64,000 nucleotides of DNA from contig OZ252287.1 of assembly GCA_965250085.1 (NCBI GenBank), positions 928,001 to 992,000 of the forward strand, given 5' to 3'. This document shows positions 9,643 to 17,400 of this stretch, one piece after another. This DNA comes from Candidatus Altimarinota bacterium (GTDB lineage Bacteria > Patescibacteriota > Gracilibacteria > CAIRYL01). The position numbers and the translations under genes were made by a program. The notes beneath the pieces are model-generated. The model was given only the letters and a program-made list of their open reading frames with translations, was not told the origin of the DNA and did no database searches. Every line of letters starts with the position of its first letter. The stretch's first letter is position 1.

Positions 9643-9673
9643 AATTACAAATTACGAATGACAAATTACGAAT
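9643..9673. repeat. Heptamer tract (AATTACR)n
   Basis: caattacaaattacgaatgacaaattacgaatt. The same unit recurs near 10675, 11283, 40152 (reverse complement), 54880, 54961 and 55231 (reverse complement). Confidence 0.8.
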
Positions 9674-9744
9674 TCAGTGCTCGGTTCTCAGGGTCGAGAA
9701 AAGGGAGCCTTTATCAAAGATCTTTTTAAGAAAGGAAGCAAAAA

Positions 9745-9860
9745 CGTCATTCTGAGCGAATGAAATGAGCGAAGAATCTGAAAAATACTATACGAGAACT
9801 CTTTGACGCATACCGAAACGAGATCCTTCAGTCGTCACTTATTCCTCCTTCAGGATGACG
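9745..9860. repeat. REP-like palindromic element (GTCATTCTGAGC...AGAATCT...AGATCCTTC...CAGGATGAC family)
   Basis: Terminal inverted repeat CGTCATTCTGAG/TTCAGGATGACG. It supplies the tatD stop codon. A related half element lies at 56629-56704. Confidence 0.75.
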
Positions 9861-10623
9861 ACAAGCCAAAAAATTGTTCAGCATTTCCAGTCGTAATGCT
9901 GGCAAATTCTTCAAGCTCCATATTTCTCAAATCTGCAATATATCTCGCGGTGTCGGCGACAAATGCCGGTTCACATCGTTTGCCTCGATGAGGAACAGGA
10001 GCGAGGAACGGAGCATCGGTTTCGACCATAAGGTTTTCCAGAGGTATCTTTTTGGCGACGCGCTGAATCTGTAGGCTTTTGGGAAATGTGACAATGCCCG
10101 TAAAGGAAATCATTCCTCCCAATTCGATCACTCTCTCTGCAGTTTGAAAATCTTCAGAAAAACAGTGCCACACAAAAGGGTGTCCATCAAAACCCTGAAG
10201 CATGTCCAGTGTTTCATCTCGTGCAGATCTGGAATGAATGACGAGCGGCTTCTCCAGTTTTTTTGCCAGTTCAAAATGTTTCTCAAATGCATTTTTCTGG
10301 ATTCCTTCTAAAGGGTTGGTCTCACGAAAAAAATCGAAGCCCGTTTCTCCGATAGCGACAACTTTTTTGTGTTCAGCAAACTCTCTAATATGCTCAAAAT
10401 CTTTCTCAAAACTTTTTTCGATATCTGCCGGATGAATAGAAACAGCACCAAAACAATTTTTATACTTCTCAATAATGCGTAGTGTTTTTTGAGCATCTGG
10501 AACGCGACAACCGATACAAATCAATTTTTTTACGCCAGCATGATGTGCGCGCTGGAGAATTTCTGCGCGATCTGAGTCAAAACTTTCAAAATGAATATGA
10601 CAGTGGGAATCAATGAAACGCAT
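9850..10623 (-). CDS. tatD: TatD family DNase
   Basis: DSHCH, IHP, AIGETGFD, IHSR, WHCFS, VETDAPFLAP motifs. Confidence 0.95.
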   Translation of the reverse strand: MRFIDSHCHIHFESFDSDRAEILQRAHHAGVKKLICIGCRVPDAQKTLRIIEKYKNCFGAVSIHPADIEKSFEKDFEHIREFAEHKKVVAIGETGFDFFRETNPLEGIQKNAFEKHFELAKKLEKPLVIHSRSARDETLDMLQGFDGHPFVWHCFSEDFQTAERVIELGGMISFTGIVTFPKSLQIQRVAKKIPLENLMVETDAPFLAPVPHRGKRCEPAFVADTARYIADLRNMELEEFASITTGNAEQFFGLSSS

Positions 10624-10905
10624 TATGACTTTTTTAAAAAATCAAAAATGTCTATTGATAAATGTACAGAGCTCAATTACGAATTACAAATTACGAATTA
10701 CAAAAAAAATAAAAAAAGAAGAAGCTTGTCTGTTAGATATCTGTAGAGGAGGGGTTTCCTCCTCCATAAATACTTTAAGGTTGCGGCGGACAAGCAAAGA
10801 AGGGGGGAAGTAGAAAGAAAGGAACAACGCACTAACTGAATGATGAAATTCAGAACTTCTTTCGCCAAACGGGAATGAGTTAGTGCGTTCTTACAAAAGA
10901 AAAGA

Positions 10906-10934
10906 TTGCATTTATTAAATTTTTATTCTATAAT
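10906..10934 (+). promoter_or_regulatory. sigma70-type promoter
   Basis: TTGCAT-17 bp-TATAAT, about 40 bp upstream of the 10976 ORF. Confidence 0.7.
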
Positions 10935-10975
10935 ATACTTAGTTTCTCCTCATCTCCACACGCATATTTTTTTTC

Positions 10976-11260
10976 ATGTCTATGAGTGTTTCCAAATCTC
11001 AATATTCCTCACATCATATTGATACCAAGCATCCGGCAGTACAGCCAGTGTTGGAGGTGCTTGAAAAGCAACAAAGTGCACACTTCTTTCTCCAACGAAA
11101 ATTCAATCTTCTGCTCTTTGGGGCGCTATTTATTATCAGCATTCTTTCGCTTCTCTACGCAGAGGCAAAGATAGAAAACCATACGCAAGCAAATCTTCTG
11201 AGTGCACTTATGGCGCCAGAACAAGGGATGCATGCGGCAGGAGAGGAAGAAAGTGAGTGA
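10976..11260 (+). CDS. Small single-TM hypothetical protein
   Basis: One hydrophobic segment (FNLLLFGALFIISILSLLYA) and its own consensus promoter. Confidence 0.7.
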   Translation: MSMSVSKSQYSSHHIDTKHPAVQPVLEVLEKQQSAHFFLQRKFNLLLFGALFIISILSLLYAEAKIENHTQANLLSALMAPEQGMHAAGEEESE

Positions 11261-11295
11261 GTGAATCAGTTGTCAGTATTTTCAATTACAAATTA

Positions 11296-11326
11296 TCCGC
11301 CTTCGCTAGGGCTACGGCGGACAGGC
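11296..11326. repeat. REP-like hairpin (TCCGCC...GGCGGAC family) embedded in a heptamer tract
   Basis: tccgccttcgctagggctacggcggacaggc, flanked by aattac repeats. A related, longer copy lies at 54899-54960. Confidence 0.65.
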
Positions 11327-11337
11327 GAATTACGAAT

Positions 11338-11820
11338 TTAGAGTTTTACAAACCGCACATTGCACTTGGTCCATTCCAAATACTTCTGGAAGTCTGAAGA
11401 ACTGATGCCAATGGTAGCAGTATTGATATTGGGATGAAAGAACACGGTGTCGTATTCCAAAAGATCAGCGTCGATAATGACGTTTACTTCTTTCGCACTT
11501 TCATAGATAAGTCCCATAGGTGTTACTGATCCTGGAGTGAGGCAAAGGTATCTTTGAAGTCGCTCCGGAGAAGCAAAACTCAGCTTTGATTCTTTGGTGA
11601 GCTTTTTGATGAAACCAAGGTCAGCTTTTTTATGTCCTTCAATGACCACCAGATAGTGTTGATCTCCTTTTTTATTTCTCAAAAAGAGATTTTTGGTATG
11701 TCCCCCTGGAGGCATTGATTTTTTATACTGTTCTCCTTCTTCTACGGTAAAAATAGCAGGATGGGGATACTCGGTGTATTTGATGCCGAGGCTTTGGAGG
11801 AGTTGATACGGGTCTTGCAT
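11338..11820 (-). CDS. YbaK/ProX-type prolyl-tRNA editing protein
   Basis: HPAIFTVEE, TKNLFLR, LSFAS, PGSVTPMGL, FHPNINTAT. Confidence 0.92.
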   Translation of the reverse strand: MQDPYQLLQSLGIKYTEYPHPAIFTVEEGEQYKKSMPPGGHTKNLFLRNKKGDQHYLVVIEGHKKADLGFIKKLTKESKLSFASPERLQRYLCLTPGSVTPMGLIYESAKEVNVIIDADLLEYDTVFFHPNINTATIGISSSDFQKYLEWTKCNVRFVKL

Positions 11821-11859
11821 GGAGAGAATAGTTTTTAATATTAAAGCTTTGCAGAGACA

Positions 11860-12114
11860 CTACTGCCATTCACCAGAGATAAGGCGACTCTTTTTTGCAC
11901 GTGTCCATTTTTTAATCTGAATTTCGCGCTTACGTGCCTCAGACTTTGTTTCAAACAATTGGGAAGAGTACACCAACTGGAAAGGACCTTGATCCTTTGC
12001 AAATTGAGAACCCTTTCCAAGATTATGATCCTTGATGCGTCTCAGAGGATCTGGAGAGATCCCAGTATAAAATCTTCCCGTTCTTGCTTGGGCGATATAA
12101 ACATACCAAGACAT
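11860..12114 (-). CDS. Small GIY-YIG nuclease (UPF0213/YhbQ-like)
   Basis: WYVYI...FYTGIS...RRIKDHN.G...SEARKREIQIKKWTRAKK. Confidence 0.92.
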   Translation of the reverse strand: MSWYVYIAQARTGRFYTGISPDPLRRIKDHNLGKGSQFAKDQGPFQLVYSSQLFETKSEARKREIQIKKWTRAKKSRLISGEWQ

Positions 12115-12140
12115 TTTTATTTCTTAAAGATAAGATCGAG

Positions 12141-12292
12141 GCCCTTCGATAAATACAGCGTAGCTGTATTTACTCAGGGTCATTCGACTCTTAGAGAACG
12201 GTTTCCCCCTAGAGAATGGCTAACCCTTAAAGAATGGTTTCCCCTTAGAGAATGGTTTACCATGAGCGATCCCGCAAAGCGGGAGAGTCGAA
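12141..12292. repeat. REP-like hairpins plus four 18-bp tandem repeats between tRNA-Leu and the GIY-YIG gene
   Basis: CCCTTCGA-TAAATACAGC/GCTGTATTTA-CTCAGGG hairpin; CATTCGACTC...GAGTCGAATG inverted repeat; 18-mers (consensus TTAGAGAATGGTTTCCCC) at 12191, 12209, 12227 and 12245. Confidence 0.85.
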
Positions 12293-12379
12293 TGGTGCCG
12301 ATGGAGAGACTCGAACTCTCACGAACCGAAGTTCACAGGCACCTGAAGCCTGCGTGTCTACCAATTCCACCACATCGGC
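12293..12379 (-). tRNA. tRNA-Leu(CAG)
   Basis: GCCGATG acceptor stem, GGAATTGGTAGAC D-arm, CAGGC-TTCAGGT-GCCTG anticodon arm, long variable arm, GTTCGAGT T-loop, encoded CCA. Confidence 0.97.
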
Positions 12380-12480
12380 GCAAAAAGTATTGTGGCAGAA
12401 ATAAAATATTTCGTCACGAAAAACCCGCCTCTGACATTCCTGTCAAAAGCGAATTATTCGGTCTTAAAATCGAGGAAAAA

Positions 12481-12726
12481 TTATCCCATATTCTCTCCAC
12501 CACCCTTCTTGTGGCAAGGGCATTTGTGAGCGAAGAGTTTCATTACTCCAGCAACACCAATAAGGAGATAGACGATATTTTCTACCGCCGGCATGCTCCC
12601 CAAGAGCATGTTGACAACATTCCAATTGCCGCCAAAAAAATGACTAAGGCCTACAAGACCCCAGTTGAGCGCTCCAATAACTACCAAGAGGCAGATGAGC
12701 TTACACATACTGCAAGGCTTTGACAT
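12481..12726 (-). CDS. DUF378 family small membrane protein
   Basis: LVVIGALNWGLVG...IVYLLIGVAG. Confidence 0.92.
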   Translation of the reverse strand: MSKPCSMCKLICLLVVIGALNWGLVGLSHFFGGNWNVVNMLLGSMPAVENIVYLLIGVAGVMKLFAHKCPCHKKGGGENMG

Positions 12727-12932
12727 AAGAAAAGAGGGAAAGAAATAAAAAGCTGAGGTGAGTGTATCATTTTATCAGGAATTTTTACAATTTTCTGAAG
12801 CTCAGCGGTCATCGGCAAGGAAATACGTTGTCAGTTGTAAGTGGTCAGCAGGAAGAATCATGGGGCATCTTCGGGGCTGACAACGTATTTACCGACTTTC
12901 TAATTCACTTCTCTACGAGGTATGTACACCTC

Positions 12933-14447
12933 TCAGAACCGCGACCGGTATTGCAGCGCTTCAGCAACATGCTGTTTCTCAATATTTTTTTCTTTCGTAA
13001 GATCTGCAATAGTTCGCGCGACCTTTAGAATCCGATGGAACCCTCGGGCAGATAAATTCATCTGGCCCATAGCCATGCGAAGAATTTCTTTTGTCTGCAG
13101 GTCAACTCCGCAAAATTTTTTTACTTCTTCCACATGCATCTGCGCATTTGAAAAAATGGAAGACTCCTGAAATCTTTGCACTTGTATGTCACGAGCTTTT
13201 TGAACACGTTCTCGAATTCTACTGGAGCTTTCAGAAGGATGGTCTCCTGTGAGTTTTTCAAATTGGACCGGTGCGACATCTATATACAGATCTATACGAT
13301 CGAGTAATGGACCAGAAAGCTTCTTTCGATATTTAGGATCAATCTCAAATGAGGTTCCATCAGAACCAGGATCATACCCAGATGGACTCGGATTCATAGC
13401 GGCAATAAGGAGAAAGTTGCACGGAAAAGAAGCACTGCCACTTGCGCGAGAAATGGTGATGGTCCTGTCTTCAAGCGGCTGCCTCAAAACCTCAAGAGTA
13501 CTGGCGGGGAACTCCGCGAGTTCATCGAGAAAAAGGACTCCATGATGAGCGAGAGATATTTCTCCCGGACGAGGATCTTTGCCACCCCCCACCAAAGACA
13601 CACTCGACGCGGTATGGTGTACAACTCGGAAGGGACGAGCAGAAATAAGTGGAGATTCTGGCGGAAGAAGATTTGCTATGGAATAAATTTTTGTTGCCTC
13701 GAGTGCTTCTTCTTTTGTCATTTGTGGAAGAATGGATCGCACAGCGCGCGCCATGAGGGTCTTTCCAGACCCAGGGGTGCCATTCATAAGGATGTTGTGA
13801 CCACCTGCAGCGGCAATTTCCAGAGCTCTTTTGGCATTTTCCTGCCCTTTAATAGAAGCAAAGTCCTGAAGAGATTCTTCGCCCACTTCTATATCGTGCA
13901 TCTGAGTGGTAGGAGTGGGATCAAGAGCTTTCTCTCCCAGAAGGTGTGACAAAACCTCCAGGAAATTTTCGGCACCATAGACCTCAATACCTTCGACCAA
14001 GGCAGCCTCTTTGGCATTTACTTTGGGCAAAAAAACACGAGTATATCCTCTTTTTTTTGCCTCTGTGCAAATGGGAAGAACGCCATTTATGCTCCGCAAA
14101 TTACCATCAAGAGCCAATTCTCCAAGAAAGATGCTTTCCTGAAACACATTCGAAGAAACTTCCAGCTGATTATTAATAATAGTAATTCCCAGGGCAATAG
14201 GAAGATCAAACCCCGGACCAATTTTTCGAATGTCAGCTGGAGCTAAATTGACGGTAATACGAGTGCTGGGGAATCGAAACCCTGAATTTTTCACAGCTGA
14301 ACGAACTCTTTCTTTTGCTTCCTGAACAGCAGTGTCGCCCAACCCTACAATAAAGAATTTCGGCATGCCTCTGGCAACATCAACTTCAACTTCTACGGGG
14401 AGGCACTCCAGTCCCCGGACGGCCATGGAGTGAATTTTTATTGGCAT
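12933..14447 (-). CDS. comM: YifB/ComM Mg-chelatase-like AAA+ ATPase
   Basis: VGLGDTAVQEAKERVRSA, TVNLAPAD, GTPGSGKT Walker A, PGEISLAHHGVLFLDE, LSARGFHRILKVARTIADL. Start set at MPIKI. Confidence 0.95.
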   Translation of the reverse strand: MPIKIHSMAVRGLECLPVEVEVDVARGMPKFFIVGLGDTAVQEAKERVRSAVKNSGFRFPSTRITVNLAPADIRKIGPGFDLPIALGITIINNQLEVSSNVFQESIFLGELALDGNLRSINGVLPICTEAKKRGYTRVFLPKVNAKEAALVEGIEVYGAENFLEVLSHLLGEKALDPTPTTQMHDIEVGEESLQDFASIKGQENAKRALEIAAAGGHNILMNGTPGSGKTLMARAVRSILPQMTKEEALEATKIYSIANLLPPESPLISARPFRVVHHTASSVSLVGGGKDPRPGEISLAHHGVLFLDELAEFPASTLEVLRQPLEDRTITISRASGSASFPCNFLLIAAMNPSPSGYDPGSDGTSFEIDPKYRKKLSGPLLDRIDLYIDVAPVQFEKLTGDHPSESSSRIRERVQKARDIQVQRFQESSIFSNAQMHVEEVKKFCGVDLQTKEILRMAMGQMNLSARGFHRILKVARTIADLTKEKNIEKQHVAEALQYRSRF

Positions 14448-14590
14448 GAGCATTCTTAAAAAATCCTTCATACCAAAACAAAAATTTACACAGAGAGGGA
14501 AGAAAAAAAGGTAAAAACTTAAGAAGTGCTTAATAATTTCTTTAAAACTTTTCTTAAGAAACGTTTGATTTTAAAAAATTCGTGCAATAC

Positions 14591-14622
14591 AAAAAAAGCA
14601 CAGCAAGCTGTACTCTTTTTGT
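14591..14622 (-). terminator. Intrinsic terminator, minus strand
   Basis: Minus strand reads AGTACAGC-TT-GCTGTGCT followed by a T run. One stem position is a G-U pair only on this strand. Confidence 0.7.
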
Positions 14623-15140
14623 TTGTGTATTTGTTCTGATAGTTCCGGCATCGGAAGACACGAAAGTGCTTGAGCGCGGAGTCAGAAACTTCATTGACGA
14701 GATGAAAATTCTCCACTGGCCTGGGGAAGTGTTTTGGTCTTTCCGTGACCTGCTCCATGGGTGTTCTTCGCGTCTCTCGGCAACCAGGGCTGAAAGGGAA
14801 AAACGGAGCAATTTTCGGTGTGGAATCTAGAGATCGTCGAGGTCTAAAGATCCGCATCGGAAAGTAAAGAAAGGAGAGCCTCTTCTCTATCCGCTCAAGA
14901 CAAATATTTTTTCTTCATGTGTGGTCGGAGAGAAGAACGGCTCACCTTTTCTCACTTTCTCGAAAGAGGAGAAAAGGATTGATATCAAGTGGTGGAAAGG
15001 AACAGGGGGTATGTATTTGTATTCTTTTATCCTTTTATATGAGGATGTATATTTGTTTTGAAGGGTTTTGAAACGAGTGGGAGAAGAAAGTGAAGACCGT
15101 TGTCGAAGGTTCGTTAGCCCATTTCTATCTCAACGTTTCA
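14623..15140. ncRNA. Candidate large structured ncRNA or leader, family not recognised
   Basis: No credible ORF, GC-richer than its flanks, at least eight hairpins, bounded by a minus-strand promoter and terminator. The functional strand is ambiguous (see findings). Confidence 0.55.
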
Positions 15141-15144
15141 GGCA

Positions 15145-15173
15145 ATCGTATCAAACGAAATACAAATTGTCAA
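15145..15173 (-). promoter_or_regulatory. sigma70-type promoter firing toward comM
   Basis: TTGACA (15173-15168)-17 bp-TACGAT (15150-15145). Confidence 0.75.
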
Positions 15174-15415
15174 CAGAAACCAATTGCGATATTCTATAAA
15201 CATTTCAAAAGGACACTTTAAAAAAAAATCAAAAATTCTAATATCAAAATCTGAAACAAAATCAAATGTTCAAAATTCAAAAAAATAGCAGAGATGAATG
15301 TTTTTAAAGTTAATTTTTTTAAGAATCAAAATTTGTTTTGAAATTCCGATTTCGCACTGTTTCGAATATATTGAAAATTATGCAGGTGTATACTCTATGC
15401 GTATTTTTTCACACA

Positions 15416-16273
15416 ATGATTCCAGGGCTTCTCCTTGTCAACAAACCATCGGGGAAAACGAGCTTTGACGTCATTCAGCAAATTCGAAAGACACTCAACA
15501 CAAAAAAAGTAGGTCACGCGGGGACACTCGATCGCTTTGCCACAGGTCTTGTTGTCGTAGCAGTTGGAGAAGCCACAAAGGTCCTCTCTGAGCTTCTTTT
15601 GTCAGACAAAACATATATCGCGGAACTTCACTTTGGGATTACTTCTGATACTGATGATTCGGAAGGAGAAAAGATAATCATGCCAAATATTAAGAAGTTT
15701 TCTCGATCAGATTTGCAGAGCGTACTCTCCAAATTTTTGGGAAAAATTCAGCAAATGCCCCCACTCTATTCAGCACTGAAATCTCAGGGAAAACGACTTT
15801 CTGATCGCGTCCGACGCGGAGAAGATATGCAAGTAATTCAACAGCAGAAAACAAGGGAGGTTGAAATACTCTCCATAGAAATTCTTGAATTTGCATTTCC
15901 AAAAGTGACGATAGAGGTGCAATGTGGCAGCGGAACATATGTTCGCTCTTTGGCACGAGATCTCGGAAAGGAAATGCAAACAGGAGCGCATCTTTCCGCC
16001 CTTCAAAGAACTCAGATTTGGCCCTTCCGTATTATCAATGCAAAATCCCCTGATGAGATTCATCGAGAGGACGTCTTGCCATTACAACCAATTTTTTTTC
16101 CATTTCCCAGCCGAGAAATTTCAAAACAAGAAGCACATGATATTCGGCATGGAAAATCAATCTTTTTAAAAGGAGTACACTCGGGAAAAGTAAGTCTGTT
16201 TCATGAAAGAGCACTTGTGGCGTTTGCAGAAGAGGAACAAGGAAAAATATTTCCCAAACGAGTATTTCTCTAA
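15416..16273 (+). CDS. truB: tRNA pseudouridine(55) synthase
   Basis: NKPSGKTSFD, KVGHAGTLDRFATG, QMPPLYSALK, CGSGTYVRSLARDLG. Start set at MIPGLL. Confidence 0.96.
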   Translation: MIPGLLLVNKPSGKTSFDVIQQIRKTLNTKKVGHAGTLDRFATGLVVVAVGEATKVLSELLLSDKTYIAELHFGITSDTDDSEGEKIIMPNIKKFSRSDLQSVLSKFLGKIQQMPPLYSALKSQGKRLSDRVRRGEDMQVIQQQKTREVEILSIEILEFAFPKVTIEVQCGSGTYVRSLARDLGKEMQTGAHLSALQRTQIWPFRIINAKSPDEIHREDVLPLQPIFFPFPSREISKQEAHDIRHGKSIFLKGVHSGKVSLFHERALVAFAEEEQGKIFPKRVFL

Positions 16274-16276
16274 AAC

Positions 16277-17242
16277 TTATTCCACAAAGGTCAGCCATTT
16301 TTTATATTTTTCCTTCCCGTTAAGACCCTCAATATCTCCGTGAACGATTCGCAAATAGAACTCGCTCAATTGAGCGGTAATTGCCCCAATAGTACCATCG
16401 CCTATTATATGACGTCCTTCTGGAGATACTGCATTTGGATTTATAGTAATACTTCCTATTGGTTTTACTTCCGCGGCAGTTCCAGTAAAAAACATTTCAT
16501 CTGCGAGCAGGAGTTCTTCGGGAAGGATGTTTCGCACTTCTGTACTGATGCCCAGTTCAAGCTTGGCAATAGTCATAATTGTACCGCGGGTAAATCCAGG
16601 GAGAATATGGTCTTCTTTAGGAGTGATGAGTTTTCCATTTTTTATCAAGAAAATATTGGTTCCAGGACCTTCTGCAACATTTCCGTCTACTGAGTCTAAC
16701 TGGAGAGCTTCATCGAACCCTCTTTTGTTCCTGGCATCTCTACTTGCTCTGCGTCCATTTCCATAATTCTGACTCACCTTTGCCTTCATATCTGCTGTGT
16801 CAGGATGCAGGCGTCGTATTTTTGAAATACCAACATTGAGGACCCCCTCAAGATATGAGAACGGCTCTACAAAGGCAGAAAAATGAACAGAAAGATCATT
16901 TTCGTGAAGACCAAGTTTTTCTGGTCGCCAAAATCCAGGCCGAATATAACGATCTTTTTTCTCCACTTCTCTAGCAGCACGAACAAGCTCTAAAATCGCT
17001 TCTCGAACTTGATCTCTGGACAGAGTCATCACCATGTCCTCAGATTCTGCAGAATGAAAAAGACGATCGACACAATCATCGAGGCGGAAGATAACGGCTC
17101 TTCCGTCATCCATCTCTCTGACCCGAATGCCATCCCAAGCTTTACCTGCGTATTCGACACTATGGCTCCCAACAGAAATCCGAGCCTCCTCTTCGGGGAC
17201 AAGTTCATCGATATGCCATACGGGAACACCTTTTTCTGGCAT
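16277..17242 (-). CDS. ilvE: Class IV PLP aminotransferase (branched-chain amino acid aminotransferase-like)
   Basis: AKVSQNY catalytic Lys, VAEGPGTNIF, ILPGFTR, EMFFTGTAAEV. Confidence 0.85.
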   Translation of the reverse strand: MPEKGVPVWHIDELVPEEEARISVGSHSVEYAGKAWDGIRVREMDDGRAVIFRLDDCVDRLFHSAESEDMVMTLSRDQVREAILELVRAAREVEKKDRYIRPGFWRPEKLGLHENDLSVHFSAFVEPFSYLEGVLNVGISKIRRLHPDTADMKAKVSQNYGNGRRASRDARNKRGFDEALQLDSVDGNVAEGPGTNIFLIKNGKLITPKEDHILPGFTRGTIMTIAKLELGISTEVRNILPEELLLADEMFFTGTAAEVKPIGSITINPNAVSPEGRHIIGDGTIGAITAQLSEFYLRIVHGDIEGLNGKEKYKKWLTFVE

Positions 17243-17400
17243 TTTATAAATCAAAAACAGGAGCGCAATTATTCACATTATTGTGCCAATTGTCAATTTA
17301 GAAACAAGATCAAAGTGAGATACAAACGAGATCTATTGCCAAGTAAAAAATTGACAACATCTTTTTAAAATAGTTTAATAGATATCCTGTTACTATTTTT

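Noticed and set aside
12191-12262. CRISPR array
   Set aside because: The 18-bp units are contiguous with no unique spacers, and there are no cas genes in the window.
11959-12723. 254-aa plus-strand ORF
   Set aside because: It is antisense to the GIY-YIG gene, tRNA-Leu and DUF378; its periodicity comes from the 18-bp repeats.
14519-14857. Short ORFs of 82-112 aa in the comM-truB gap
   Set aside because: They overlap on both strands, cross the terminator hairpin and show no recognisable motif. Not strictly excluded without conservation data.
14985-15010. tmRNA or tRNA-Ala-like 3' end (TCCACCA on the minus strand), or RNase P RNA
   Set aside because: No T-arm before it, no matching GGGG 5' acceptor strand, and no GAGGAAAGTCC or AACCCGGCTTA motifs on either strand.
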